A stretch of DNA of 64,000 bases from Candidatus Thorarchaeota archaeon SMTZ1-45 (GCA_001563335.1 LRSL01000013.1:39583-103582); one strand, 5' to 3'; numbered from the stretch's first letter, positions 1 to 10,525 are shown. A program made the numbers and translations. The notes: generated from the sequence alone by a model not told the origin.

Positions 1-706
1 AGAGAGGTCCCTTTGGATCAACTCGAGCTGCTGCTCTGCCATCAAACCAACTAATTGCTCCACAATTGGCATATCTCTGTGGTGTGATTGTACAGACATG
101 TGTTGGAGCGAATGACTGACAGAGTGAACATCCATAGAATGTATCGACTTCTGTATCACTGAGTCCTCGTGCACGTTCATCTCGCTGATTATATCGATTT
201 ATTGCATCATCATAGCGTTCAGCAACTACCTCTGGATCTGTGATGAATGTCACTTGAATTCTTTCAATGATGTTCATCTCACTCTTGAAAAGCCTCATCA
301 AGACCTTTCCTAGAAAATCAAATGAGTTGAATCCCTTCTCAAACGACTTCTTGCTGAGCCTTAACCAGATGTCATATCGCTGGTTAAGATGCATCATACC
401 TTCTACGAAGTTGACATATTCATGAATACGTCTCTCAATGACTCCTTCTAGATCTGGCTCAATCTCCTTACCAGCTACTTCGACAACTATTCCAAGAGGA
501 TGGTAACTTCCTTCCTCCATGTCTTTCAAATCAGGACCTATTATGGTGACTTTTTCATCCTCGATATCGCCCATATCCCGAGCGATTGCAAGTTCGAATT
601 TCTGTTCCATCTTCGGTCCACCGAGCTCGACAAACATATCTTTACCGCGAACTCGCTCACCTTCATATACCACACCAATATCTACAGGAATGTCTTCGAA
701 TGACAA
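1..706 (-). CDS. cdhC: Acetyl-CoA decarbonylase/synthase beta subunit (runs off window edge)
   Basis: Not in ORF track. Manual minus-strand translation from TTG at 706 gives LSFEDIPVDIGVVYEGERVRGKDMFVELGGPK, a typical CdhC N-terminus, directly after cdhB. Confidence 0.92.
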   Translation of the reverse strand, partial: MSFEDIPVDIGVVYEGERVRGKDMFVELGGPKMEQKFELAIARDMGDIEDEKVTIIGPDLKDMEEGSYHPLGIVVEVAGKEIEPDLEGVIERRIHEYVNFVEGMMHLNQRYDIWLRLSKKSFEKGFNSFDFLGKVLMRLFKSEMNIIERIQVTFITDPEVVAERYDDAINRYNQRDERARGLSDTEVDTFYGCSLCQSFAPTHVCTITPQRYANCGAISWFDGRAAARVDPKGPL

Positions 707-707
707 A

Positions 708-1256
708 TTACTTACCTCCTCCTACGAGTTTAAGAATCTCGTCGAGAACAGCATGATACTGCTTCTCCTTCATATTCGGGAAGGACCATTTTGCATGAGG
801 CTGATAATGTCGTCCTAATGCTATTGCAGTTAGATGAGTCCCAAAGTTCATCACAGAAGAGAGTAGGGTCCACTGCATATAATATGGGAGTCCATAGATG
901 ATTACCATATCGTATGGTCCTGTCCCAGATGGTCCTACCCAATCGGGGTCTTGTAACCGGAGTGCCAACTCCATTGCTCCCATTGATCTAGCATTCTCGA
1001 AGTCTTTCTCCAAGAACGCTTTGATTGCGCCACCAGTTGCAATGACAGGCATCTTCATTGCATTTGAAAGGGCAATTGCATAGTCAATCATATCACCCGT
1101 TCCATGCTTTTCTGTCACAGCCTCAGAACCCACAATCAGAAGTGGTTTCTTGGCTTTTGAGAGGTCTCTCTTGAGGACTTCAGGTTTTGTAAGCGATTTA
1201 GCACTATCTGGCCCACAAATCTCTCCTGTCTGCCAAGGTACAGGTCTCATCACCAT
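708..1256 (-). CDS. cdhB: CO dehydrogenase/ACS epsilon subunit
   Basis: KAKKPLLIVG and HYQPHAKWSFPN motifs. Likely start is the ATG overlapping the cdhA stop (TAATG at 1254-1258). Confidence 0.9.
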   Translation of the reverse strand: MVMRPVPWQTGEICGPDSAKSLTKPEVLKRDLSKAKKPLLIVGSEAVTEKHGTGDMIDYAIALSNAMKMPVIATGGAIKAFLEKDFENARSMGAMELALRLQDPDWVGPSGTGPYDMVIIYGLPYYMQWTLLSSVMNFGTHLTAIALGRHYQPHAKWSFPNMKEKQYHAVLDEILKLVGGGK

Positions 1257-3598
1257 TAGGTTCCACCTCCCATTATTTGCTCCTTTAGGAGTGTTGGGTC
1301 TATAATCCTCCGCTCTTTCCACTTGTTCTCCTTCATCTGAGCCAGTATCTTGTCTTTCAGAGTGATTGGAATATCCGTATCACGTCTGATGTATTTCCAG
1401 ACATCATCAGGGAAGAAGCCATAGTATTTCTCATGAATATCGATATAATGGCTTAGTTTAATTGACCGTCCCTTTCCTGTATCGTTGGGTCGAAGAACAA
1501 GTTTCGCTGTCATTACATTCGCTTCTGCAACTGTTTCTGCTGCATAGAACAAATGTTCTGGACCCGGCGCAGTCAACACTCGATCTCCAGTACGTGCATC
1601 ATAGACTGTCCAAGCTCTTTCTTCTTCAGCTTTTCCAAGCAACATTCTTCGGTATTTCGAACCGTGTGGCCCCACAATCACAGGAACCCCGAGTCTCCAG
1701 AAACCTGAAGCAATCGAAGCCGCTTTCTGAGACATAGCTCCCCAAGAGATACCAACTGCACCCACACGATTGTGAATATAATCGGCTATCTCTGCGTAAT
1801 TTCCACGAAGGTTTCTTTTAGCGAAGATTGCTGCAATTTTGATAGCAGCACCAGCGATATGTGGATTGGATACGCATGATCCGACGTTGAGTACGCCGCC
1901 TGCATCGAATTCACCACTACGTCGCTCGTAGATTGATTGTCCGTTCTCATCTTTTACATGTCCAGCTGATATTGCTGCGCAACCTGATGTTACGATGATA
2001 TAACGTCGTTTAGCAAACTCTTCAGCCATGTCATGAACATCCTTACCTCCCTGGGGGTAATTTGCACAACCAACATGCGCAATCACACCAGGTATCTCAC
2101 CAAAGACGATTGGCTGACCGACATTTCTGATTTCAGTGTCTTGGATAGCTCCTCGACCAGTCCGCACCATGTGTGTTTCATCTTTGCAATCTTGCTGAGC
2201 TGCAACAACCATCCAACTGTGTAAATCGTAGTCATTTGGACACGCAGACTCACAACGTGCACATCCAATGCAGTTCTGATAGACCTCCCGGAGTGGTTCA
2301 AAATTGCCTAACTGAGCTGCAAGTACAGCTTCCATTACAGGTTGATCATTTGGACATGCCCTAATGCACTCACTGCATTTTTTACAATTTTCAGCCATCT
2401 TCTGAATCTGTTTCTTTGATGGGAAAAACTTCATTTTCCTTCTCTTTGGCATGACCGCAAGAGCGACCCTTGTGGCAACTTCACCAACCTTATGATGATC
2501 ATGGATAAAGGCACCATCTATTTTGCCTGAAACAAGCTCCTCCACTATTGAGTCGACAGGGTCATCCGACCTCTCAGGTAATCCCATGACAGCTTTGTCA
2601 CTAGTTGAGATGACAGGTGCTTTGACTTTCTTCGCCTCATTAACAACATTGGTCTGAACACACTGTTCGTCAACTACAACGACATCTGCCATCCCACTTC
2701 GAATATATCGAAGCTGCCATGAGATAGGTCCAATTACCTTTGCATTTGGATCTCGTCGTGTGATATCCCATGCAGTGCAACACATTCCTCCAACCTCAAC
2801 CTTGCTACCAATTTTCTTTTCGGTAATATAATCGGTTATCGAAGCGGCTGGTACTATATTGTGACCAATAGTCAATATGATGGCTTTACTAGTGTCCATC
2901 ATGCCTATTCCTGACTCAACAAGTGGTGCGTCAGGATCAGCTTTTGGAAAACCGAGAGTCGAAATTTGGACAAGGTCTGCAATCTCCATACTGACTTGGT
3001 CCACCATTCCAACATGGAGCACTTTGCTTTCAAAATCCAACCAACTCCCCTCTTGACCAGTATGTGTAGCTGAAAGGGTATGTGCCAATTGAGTTTCGCA
3101 ATAATCAAGTATAATGCTCGCATCCTCAAGTTTTCTTGGTCTCATGCCTGTGACTAATCGAGAAACAGGTGCATGTATCTCAATTCCCGCTCCCTGAATG
3201 AGATCCGTACGAGGTCCATACTCCTCAATCAGATGGTCGACCAGATGCCGAGCATGTGCAAGATGAGCTGAGCAACCTATATTGGCTGCTGCTAGCACAA
3301 TCCTTGCTTGTTGACCCTTGATATCAATCCCACAAGCTCCTCTCTTGTCACCAGATAAATCACACTTCCCAAAAGTACAGAGACAACAAACCTGACAATA
3401 AGGCATGTATGAAGGGTGATAACGAGATAGTAGCTTGTGATCCCATGCGCGGAGGTCAGTTGGATTTGGCATTGGTGTTGGACCCATAGGTTCATCCCAT
3501 TCATCATCGACTATAGTGCCAATGCGAACTTCAAGTCCCTTGAACCTGCCAAGTCCAGTTTCTGCTTCGTCCGCTTTGAAGTAAGCTTTCTTCTTCAT
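1256..3598 (-). CDS. cdhA: CO dehydrogenase/ACS alpha subunit
   Basis: WDEPMGPTPMP, CCLCTFGKC, GMCCT, two CxxCxxCxxxCP ferredoxin motifs and GSCVSNPH. Start moved to MKKKAYF. Confidence 0.97.
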   Translation of the reverse strand: MKKKAYFKADEAETGLGRFKGLEVRIGTIVDDEWDEPMGPTPMPNPTDLRAWDHKLLSRYHPSYMPYCQVCCLCTFGKCDLSGDKRGACGIDIKGQQARIVLAAANIGCSAHLAHARHLVDHLIEEYGPRTDLIQGAGIEIHAPVSRLVTGMRPRKLEDASIILDYCETQLAHTLSATHTGQEGSWLDFESKVLHVGMVDQVSMEIADLVQISTLGFPKADPDAPLVESGIGMMDTSKAIILTIGHNIVPAASITDYITEKKIGSKVEVGGMCCTAWDITRRDPNAKVIGPISWQLRYIRSGMADVVVVDEQCVQTNVVNEAKKVKAPVISTSDKAVMGLPERSDDPVDSIVEELVSGKIDGAFIHDHHKVGEVATRVALAVMPKRRKMKFFPSKKQIQKMAENCKKCSECIRACPNDQPVMEAVLAAQLGNFEPLREVYQNCIGCARCESACPNDYDLHSWMVVAAQQDCKDETHMVRTGRGAIQDTEIRNVGQPIVFGEIPGVIAHVGCANYPQGGKDVHDMAEEFAKRRYIIVTSGCAAISAGHVKDENGQSIYERRSGEFDAGGVLNVGSCVSNPHIAGAAIKIAAIFAKRNLRGNYAEIADYIHNRVGAVGISWGAMSQKAASIASGFWRLGVPVIVGPHGSKYRRMLLGKAEEERAWTVYDARTGDRVLTAPGPEHLFYAAETVAEANVMTAKLVLRPNDTGKGRSIKLSHYIDIHEKYYGFFPDDVWKYIRRDTDIPITLKDKILAQMKENKWKERRIIDPTLLKEQIMGGGT

Positions 3599-3661
3599 GC
3601 TTCGTTCAGTTCCTGTGCGTGGTAAATCGGCCAACACATAGCACCATAATAAGGTTGCGAA

Positions 3662-3690
3662 TCTCACACAAAGTTGTGAGAATGTGCACA
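3662..3690. promoter_or_regulatory. Candidate operator dyad upstream of cdhA
   Basis: TCTCACA-caaagt-TGTGAGA (3662-3681) overlapping TGTGA-gaatgt-GCACA (3675-3690). Confidence 0.35.
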
Positions 3691-3774
3691 TAACTAAAAA
3701 TTAACCCAGTTAAGTAGTTCATTTAGGAAAGGAAACAATATTCCCCCTAGACTTTCAATTCGTAAGTGAGATAG

Positions 3775-4572
3775 CTAATTTCTAGTTTCTTCAATTAGAT
3801 TTGTTTTAATCTCACGAATCGCTTTCATTCCTATAGAATCAGGATCTAGATCTATGGGTGCTACACCTTTTCGATCCGCCTGCCTTATTTTTTCATCAAG
3901 AGGAACCATTCCAATAAGTGGAATTCCCTCACTCTCAACCCATTTTCTAATCATCTCATCATCATCAGAGCTTGCGACCTTATTACCAACTGCAAAAACC
4001 CGTCCAACATCTATATCCTTAGCAAGGGTTTTAATTTTTCCAAGAACGTCAAGTGAACGTCGACCAGGTTCTGCTACCACCAGTAATGCATCCATCCCTC
4101 TAGTTGTTCCTCGACCAAGATTCTCGATACCTGCATCCATATCCATTACGAATGCTTCATCAGTCCCAAGAATAAGATGTCGCATGAGCGTCTTGAGAAG
4201 TGTTGCTGAAGGACACATGCATCCTGAGCCTCCAATCTCAACAGTACCAGCAACCAAGAGACTCACATTGTCAGGACCCTCTATAGCAAATTTGTTGGCA
4301 AGGTCATCTACATGAGGATTGAGTTTGAAGAAACCACTATATCCTTGAGCTCCGTCAATTTGGAGTCGTTCCTCGATAAGTGTTTTGTTTTCAGTGAGTG
4401 GAACAATCTTCTTTGCAACCTCTGAAGGTATCCCTAGGGCGGACCAGAGTGTGTAACTTGGATCTGCGTCAACTGCAAGTATCTTGAGTCCATCTCTGCC
4501 AAGTAGTCTTGCTAGTGTTCCAGCGATGGTAGTTTTACCAACGCCTCCTTTTCCTGCGACAGCGATTTTCAT
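3775..4572 (-). CDS. cooC: CODH nickel-insertion ATPase CooC/AcsF
   Basis: GKGGVGKT deviant Walker A, DADP, GCMCP metal site and DMDAG; lies next to cdhA. Confidence 0.93.
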   Translation of the reverse strand: MKIAVAGKGGVGKTTIAGTLARLLGRDGLKILAVDADPSYTLWSALGIPSEVAKKIVPLTENKTLIEERLQIDGAQGYSGFFKLNPHVDDLANKFAIEGPDNVSLLVAGTVEIGGSGCMCPSATLLKTLMRHLILGTDEAFVMDMDAGIENLGRGTTRGMDALLVVAEPGRRSLDVLGKIKTLAKDIDVGRVFAVGNKVASSDDDEMIRKWVESEGIPLIGMVPLDEKIRQADRKGVAPIDLDPDSIGMKAIREIKTNLIEETRN

Positions 4573-4587
4573 TTTATAGTCTCCATT

Positions 4588-5784
4588 CTATGTTCTCTTC
4601 GTTCGTACAAGCTTGTGCAGTTTCATCAAAACTTCACTATGTTTCTCAGTGGCCACACTGGCTCTCCATTTTTTGAATTCTATCTCTTTCATATCCACTC
4701 TAATCATTGTTCCAGTGCCTGCAATGATAGCATCACTTGTGTGGACTGAAACAGTAGCCCTCTTGTCAGTCAATCCACCAGGTGGTCCTACATACAGAAT
4801 TTGAGTCTTTGCAAGCGCCTTAGCTACAGAGCCTGGAAGATGTGCTAGAACATCATCACCTACCACTAGAGTAGTATCAAACTCTCCACTAGATATTCTA
4901 TGCAACAACTCACCTACAATTTCATGATCGTGAGTGGCTTTGATAACTCCCATAGTATTCGATTGAACAAACATTGGAAGCGCATATGCCTTTTTTCCAG
5001 TAGCTCGCAATGTTTCAATAAGTTTGACCATTCCTGTGAGGTTAGTATCCTGATTTCCTGAATTTAACACTCCACTGCCATAGAAGATAATGATACAATC
5101 AGCTTTTTGGAGGTTTCTTACAAATCCTACCAACTCAATTCCAGGTATACCCAGAATCTTATCTTTGATTACTGATTTACCCTCAAGCTCAGAAATTACA
5201 GTATTTAGAAGTTCAACATCTGATCCAATTGGAATGATGAGTCTGTGGTTTGCCATCTTCATTGTTTCAGTTTGTCGGACATCAACCACACCAATAGTTC
5301 GACTCTCTATTCCCTCAGGTATCTTCTCGCCACGCGGCAAGACAGCAAATCTGCTAGGATGCCGGTGTAGGCTCTCTGATGGGTCTGTTCCCCAGTAAAT
5401 GATGAACTCACCATTGTTGCGAACATACTCGAGATCAATGTCAAGTCCTTCTGCATGAATAGTGTGTGACATTGCTTGCATGGGTCCCAAGTTTACGTTT
5501 GATCCAAAGTGTCCTTTGAGGGTCGCTGCAAGTTCAAGTCCCTCTCTAATTGCTTCATCAGTTGCATGAGTCCATCCAAAGAGAAGTAGGTTCGTTGTAT
5601 TCATTAGAAGGTCTGCTGCTTTTTCTAGTTTCTTTTGAGTTGCTACTATTTTATGTGCTGTAACTGTTTCTAAATGCGTATGTCCCAATTTGCAGAGGCC
5701 AAGTGAATTTACACCTTTACTAGAAATCTCAGCAGACACATCGTCACAGAGCAAAGAACAACCGTTGCACACGATATTTTCCAT
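4588..5784 (-). CDS. Formylmethanofuran dehydrogenase subunit B-like protein (metal-ligating Cys apparently absent)
   Basis: CNGCSLLCDD..CKLG Fe-S motif, IIYWGTDPSESLHRHPSRF, VVDVRQTET and GTMIRVD, all FwdB/FhcB-like. Confidence 0.8.
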   Translation of the reverse strand: MENIVCNGCSLLCDDVSAEISSKGVNSLGLCKLGHTHLETVTAHKIVATQKKLEKAADLLMNTTNLLLFGWTHATDEAIREGLELAATLKGHFGSNVNLGPMQAMSHTIHAEGLDIDLEYVRNNGEFIIYWGTDPSESLHRHPSRFAVLPRGEKIPEGIESRTIGVVDVRQTETMKMANHRLIIPIGSDVELLNTVISELEGKSVIKDKILGIPGIELVGFVRNLQKADCIIIFYGSGVLNSGNQDTNLTGMVKLIETLRATGKKAYALPMFVQSNTMGVIKATHDHEIVGELLHRISSGEFDTTLVVGDDVLAHLPGSVAKALAKTQILYVGPPGGLTDKRATVSVHTSDAIIAGTGTMIRVDMKEIEFKKWRASVATEKHSEVLMKLHKLVRTKRT

Positions 5785-5794
5785 TCAAAACCAC

Positions 5795-6253
5795 CTACCA
5801 TATCTCAATAGCATCCGTGCAACAGTATTGCTCACAGACTCTGCAATTCAGTCTATCCGGTGGAAATCTCCGACATTTCTCTAGATTGATGATTTTCGAT
5901 ATGCCATTCTCAACCCTAAACACTGTGTCTGTACTCATGGCGGCTTTTCCCTCACTCGTAGGAGGTTCTGCTGCGACGTCCACCGGGCACACTACTACGC
6001 AATTGTTACATCCTGTGCATTTACTCTCATCAAGTTTTATTCCGGTTGCTTCTGCAGAGAGCATCGGGGCAACTAGCTCTCTGATCCTTTCAAGGTTCTT
6101 TTCGAAACCAGATTCGAGGAGTGGCGGACAATCATCAGGGGAGATATCTCCTAGAGCAAGCTTTGTGGCAAATGCCATACACGTTTTTGGTTCACAGAGC
6201 CGGCAGTTCGTCTTTGGGAGCAAGTTATAGAGTTCCATTGGGTTGAGTTTCAC
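5795..6253 (-). CDS. Fe-S domain plus ferredoxin protein (FwdG-like)
   Basis: LPKTNCRLCEPKTCMAFA..CP (RnfB/CdhE-type Fe-S domain), followed by CTGCNNCVVVCP and CRVCEQYC. Confidence 0.8.
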   Translation of the reverse strand: MKLNPMELYNLLPKTNCRLCEPKTCMAFATKLALGDISPDDCPPLLESGFEKNLERIRELVAPMLSAEATGIKLDESKCTGCNNCVVVCPVDVAAEPPTSEGKAAMSTDTVFRVENGISKIINLEKCRRFPPDRLNCRVCEQYCCTDAIEIW

Positions 6254-6374
6254 TGTCTTATCTCCGTTATAGCTTATTTTGATATATCACAAGAATTATC
6301 CGGTATGACACAAGTCGTAACTAGTTGTCCTATACAGCTTTCCATATGGAACATTGAACAAATTGGTGTAGCTC

Positions 6375-8804
6375 TTGAGCCGCAGTAAAAAGTCATCGAA
6401 AAAGGAAACGAAGAAGGATAAACTAGCTGTCTTTCTATGTCGCTGTGGTTCTAATATTGCCGATACAATTGATATCGACTCATTAAGGGAAAAATACGAA
6501 ACCCAAGGAATTCCCCTTGTTGACGTTGACGACCACCTTTGTTCTGAACAAGGCGTCTATGATTTAATTGAGAAAATTAAGAAGAGTAGAGCCAAACGTG
6601 TTGTTATTGCTGGATGTTCACCGCTTCTCCACAGAGAGCTATTTGCAGATGCAGTGAAAGAGGCTGGAATTGACCCTGGTCATTTACACATGGCAAACAT
6701 TCGTGAGCAGTGTAGTTGGGTTCACTACGACGATCCAGAAGCAGCAACGAAAAAAGCCGCTGCAATAATTGACACTGGGATTGCTGAGGTTCGTGATGCT
6801 AACCCAATCCCAACCCAAGGACTTCCAATGACACAACGAGTTATGATAGTTGGAGGTGGGGTTGCTGGAATTACAAGTGCACTTGAGCTTGCTGATGCAG
6901 GTATAGATACTGTGATTGTTGAACGTGAAGGTTTTCTTGGCGGCCATATGGCAAAGTGGGACAAACTTTTCCCAACATTCGACTGTAGTATTTGTATACT
7001 AGGACCAATGATGGCAAGAATGGCGCGTCATCCTAATATTAGAATCATGACTCTGACTGAAGTGACTGATGTACGCGGCAACGTTGGTCGATATCGAGTT
7101 ACTGTGAAGCAGAAGCCTCGATATGTGGACATAGAAACCTGTACAGGATGCAACAGATGCCTTGAAGTTTGTCCCGTTGAAGTTGCTGATGAGTATAACA
7201 ATGGTCTTGGAAAACGAAAGGCTATGGTTCGACCATCAATCGATGCAGTGCCAATTGCTCCATACATAGACCCCAACAACTGCATTGGATGCCAGTCATG
7301 TTCTGGGGTATGTGAACCAAAATCTCTCCGATATGATGAGCTCGAGCAGACTGAGGTCATTGAGGTGGGAGCTGTTATTCTTGCTACAGGCTTTCAACCA
7401 TTTGATCCCACTATCGTGGAAGAATTTGGTTATGGTCAGATTCCAGACGTCATAACATCACTTGAGCTTGAACGATTAGTCAATCCTGAAGGTCCAAGCG
7501 GGGGAAAACTTGTACGTCCCTCAAATGGAAAACCTCCTCGAAATATTGTATTTGTGCCATGCGTTGGAAGTCGGTCACACAGATTCAATCGTCCATATTG
7601 CAGTAGAGTCTGCTGCACTGCTGCGGTTAAAGAAGTGATGCAGGTTAAACAACAATTGCCTGATTGTGAGGCTTATGTCTTTTATACAGACATGCGTGTG
7701 TTTGGTAAAGGCCAAGAGGAACTGTATGTTCGAGCTGCCGATGAATACAAGATTAATTTCATCCGAGGAACCATAGAAGTTGTCCATGACCCAATTTCAG
7801 GTACGGTTTCAGTTCGAGCTGAGGACACTCTTGTGAGAAAAATGCTTGAGTTTGAAACCGACTTGATTGTCCTAATGATTGGTATGGATGCTGAACCAAG
7901 CAATATAGAACTCTCAAGAATGTTCAAAACACCTCTGGATGAGAATGGATTCTTTCTTGAACAACATCCCAAACTTGGTCCCAGTACAACTGCCTCAAAA
8001 GGAGTTTTTCTTGCTGGAGTTTCTCAAGGTCCAAAGGACATTGCGGATACAGTAGCACATGCAGGTTTAGCTGCTTCCAAGGTGAAAACACTGCTTACTT
8101 CTGGCGATATAATTACTGAAGCATGTATCCCCTCCTTTAACCAAGATCTTTGTATTAGTTGTAGATTATGTGAACAGATCTGTACACCCAAAGCAATCAA
8201 GTTCAGCGACGAGAATATACCTGAAGTTGATCTTGCTGCATGTCGTGGTTGTGGGGCTTGTGCTGCGGCATGTCCTTCTGGCGCACTTGACTTACCCTGC
8301 TTATCGAATGAACAACTCGAGAATGCGACAAAGGCAGCAATTGAGTTCAACCCCCTTAAACCTGCAATCGTGGGATATCTCTGTCGTTGGTGTGCTTACA
8401 TTGCAGCTGACAGAGCTGGAACTGCTCGTATGAAATATCCGCCCAACGTAATTCCTATACAAGTACCTTGCACAGGTCGAATCAATGTTGATACCCTTCT
8501 CACTGCGTTTGCTGAAGGTGCTGATGGTGTTACAGTCATGGGATGTCACATTCAAGACTGTCATTACAGATCAGGTGCTCGTTATGCAAAGGATAGGACT
8601 GATAATATGCGAGAAATACTTGAGGTTGCAGGTATTGATCGGCGTAGATTGTATTTTGGTAGTGCGTCTGCATCAGAAGCAGATAGTTTTGCAGAACAAA
8701 TAACTCAGTTCGTTAATGATATTGTCAAACTAGGTCCACTTGGAAAGGAATCGCCTCGTAATTTGATTGGAAAACAAGATGTAGAAGGAGTTCCTGGGAG
8801 GTGA
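6375..8804 (+). CDS. hdrA: Heterodisulfide reductase A fused to MvhD
   Basis: GGGVAG FAD motif, FPTFDCSIC, CSRVCC and ferredoxin motifs. The C-terminal CRWCAY..PCTGR..GADGV..GCHIQDCHY is an MvhD domain. Confidence 0.93.
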   Translation: MSRSKKSSKKETKKDKLAVFLCRCGSNIADTIDIDSLREKYETQGIPLVDVDDHLCSEQGVYDLIEKIKKSRAKRVVIAGCSPLLHRELFADAVKEAGIDPGHLHMANIREQCSWVHYDDPEAATKKAAAIIDTGIAEVRDANPIPTQGLPMTQRVMIVGGGVAGITSALELADAGIDTVIVEREGFLGGHMAKWDKLFPTFDCSICILGPMMARMARHPNIRIMTLTEVTDVRGNVGRYRVTVKQKPRYVDIETCTGCNRCLEVCPVEVADEYNNGLGKRKAMVRPSIDAVPIAPYIDPNNCIGCQSCSGVCEPKSLRYDELEQTEVIEVGAVILATGFQPFDPTIVEEFGYGQIPDVITSLELERLVNPEGPSGGKLVRPSNGKPPRNIVFVPCVGSRSHRFNRPYCSRVCCTAAVKEVMQVKQQLPDCEAYVFYTDMRVFGKGQEELYVRAADEYKINFIRGTIEVVHDPISGTVSVRAEDTLVRKMLEFETDLIVLMIGMDAEPSNIELSRMFKTPLDENGFFLEQHPKLGPSTTASKGVFLAGVSQGPKDIADTVAHAGLAASKVKTLLTSGDIITEACIPSFNQDLCISCRLCEQICTPKAIKFSDENIPEVDLAACRGCGACAAACPSGALDLPCLSNEQLENATKAAIEFNPLKPAIVGYLCRWCAYIAADRAGTARMKYPPNVIPIQVPCTGRINVDTLLTAFAEGADGVTVMGCHIQDCHYRSGARYAKDRTDNMREILEVAGIDRRRLYFGSASASEADSFAEQITQFVNDIVKLGPLGKESPRNLIGKQDVEGVPGR

Positions 8805-8808
8805 TTAT

Positions 8809-10161
8809 ATGGACAAATCTCGTGTTCTGATTGGTGAGAAGCCTGTCATCTCAATGGATGTAGTTGATGGCAAGATTCGACTGACATGGGAAACCTCACT
8901 TCTCAAAAGAACACTTGATCATAACATCTCAAAGTGTGTCGGCTGTAGCCTATGCTTGCCATGTCCTTGGGAGGCAATCACCCTTGGTCCAATACAAGAA
9001 ACTGCATCAGGTCGCATTGAGGGTGCGCCATTGGTAAATGTAGACCCAGATGTCTGTACCTTCTGCGGTTTGTGTGACTCCTCTTGCATTTTTGGAGCAT
9101 TTGAAGCAAAGTATGAAGGTGACAGTGCAGTCAATGAGTTCATTCGGATTGAAGGAACACACGAGATTGATGAGGAAAAATGTGCTCCCTGTTTATTATG
9201 CGCCAAGATTTGTCCCACAGACTCTCTTGAAGTAGAGGTCAAGGTTGATCGAAAAGAGAGTCTTGTGACCTACAAAGGTGAAGAACATGCTGAAGGTACA
9301 ATAAAAGTAGATGAGGATAAGTGTTCGTATTGTGGTCTCTGCGAGCTTTTGTGTCCTGAAGCTATCAAGATTTTCTGGTCTGACGAAGTAAAACCTCCTG
9401 ACTTCAGACCAGCGGTTGGAATTAGAGTCGATGAGGATCACTGCGATTATTGTGGTCTTTGTCAAGATATCTGTCCTGATGATGCGATTGAGGTAAAATG
9501 CACCGAGTCGAGCACTCGAGAGATAAAGCAACCAACCATAACTGGAAAGTTGACACATAACGATGAAACCTGCTTGAAATGTGGACTGTGTGCAATTGTC
9601 TGCCCATATGAGGCATTGAAGGTTGAAAAACCATTCACAGGGGAAGTCAAAATTCCTCAACTTGAGAAATGTGATCCAACAGGATGCAATAACTGCTTCA
9701 ATATATGTCCAGTAGATGCAATCTACCCTACCGGCACAGCAGATAAGATTGCCATACTTGACCATTGTGTTTACTGTGGAGCTTGCGAACATTCCTGTCC
9801 CTATGATGTTCTTGATGTGCAGCGAGAGGGATACAAGCTAGATGAGCTCGAGCGAGAAAGAGAATGGGAACGTGCACGTAGGCTCTTCTTTGATGCAGTC
9901 ATAGGTAAAGATCCACCACCAAGTGGTCTCTTTGAGAGAGATATTTCTGTAAAACCTATTCAGAGACTTCAGGTTAAGACATCATCCCGAAAAGATTGGG
10001 AATCTGAAGATGGTGAACGAAATAGAGCTATGTTGTCTGCAAAGCGAGTTAAAGAATTACTGAAAGATGATCCTCGTCTACATCTACAGCTTGAACGGGG
10101 TAACACTGAGAAAGTTGTTGAAAGGATTAGGAACTCTCAAGAAGTGACTCAAGAGGAGTGA
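8809..10161 (+). CDS. Polyferredoxin, FwdF-like
   Basis: About eight CxxCxxCxxxC motifs, including the FwdF-type CDPTGCNNCFNICP. Confidence 0.85.
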   Translation: MDKSRVLIGEKPVISMDVVDGKIRLTWETSLLKRTLDHNISKCVGCSLCLPCPWEAITLGPIQETASGRIEGAPLVNVDPDVCTFCGLCDSSCIFGAFEAKYEGDSAVNEFIRIEGTHEIDEEKCAPCLLCAKICPTDSLEVEVKVDRKESLVTYKGEEHAEGTIKVDEDKCSYCGLCELLCPEAIKIFWSDEVKPPDFRPAVGIRVDEDHCDYCGLCQDICPDDAIEVKCTESSTREIKQPTITGKLTHNDETCLKCGLCAIVCPYEALKVEKPFTGEVKIPQLEKCDPTGCNNCFNICPVDAIYPTGTADKIAILDHCVYCGACEHSCPYDVLDVQREGYKLDELEREREWERARRLFFDAVIGKDPPPSGLFERDISVKPIQRLQVKTSSRKDWESEDGERNRAMLSAKRVKELLKDDPRLHLQLERGNTEKVVERIRNSQEVTQEE

Positions 10162-10525
10162 CTTCATCTTCAGTTCTAGTTACTGTTAAAGAAACTCCAT
10201 GAAATTGTGGTGGTGAATCATCAACTGGAATCGAAACGAGTGCAAGAGCCCAGGGACCATATGGGATGACTGCTAATCCCTCAGTGACTTTCTCATCACT
10301 ATAAGCAGCTAGAACAATATGTCCTGCTTTAGATTTGATACTCGCATGACCTCCATCCTTAAGACCCAATCTCTGTAGATCGACCTTGTTCAATCTCACT
10401 CTAGCTGCACTGGTGAGGAACTCATTTGAGAGGATATTTCTAGCAGACTCTACATCCGCTTCAAAGGAGTGAGCAATGACTAGCTTCAGCTCAACATGTG
10501 GGAATAGAAAATCACCTAATGCCAT
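10127..10525 (-). CDS. FwdD-like molybdopterin dinucleotide-binding domain protein
   Basis: LNKVDLQRLGLKDGG..IKSKAG..GLAVIPYGPWA matches the FwdD pattern. Likely start MALGDF. Confidence 0.8.
   Translation of the reverse strand: MALGDFLFPHVELKLVIAHSFEADVESARNILSNEFLTSAARVRLNKVDLQRLGLKDGGHASIKSKAGHIVLAAYSDEKVTEGLAVIPYGPWALALVSIPVDDSPPQFHGVSLTVTRTEDEVTPLESLLESS

Noticed and set aside
9196-9792. Long antisense ORFs (also 3854-4315, 21983-22492 and 37195-37674)
   Set aside because: They are shadows of well-supported genes on the opposite strand and have no motifs.
4588-10161. Selenocysteine recoding in fwdB/hdrA/mvhD
   Set aside because: The ORFs are uninterrupted. MvhD has Cys (CRWC), and the hdrA terminal TGA is part of the GGAGGTGA RBS of the next gene.
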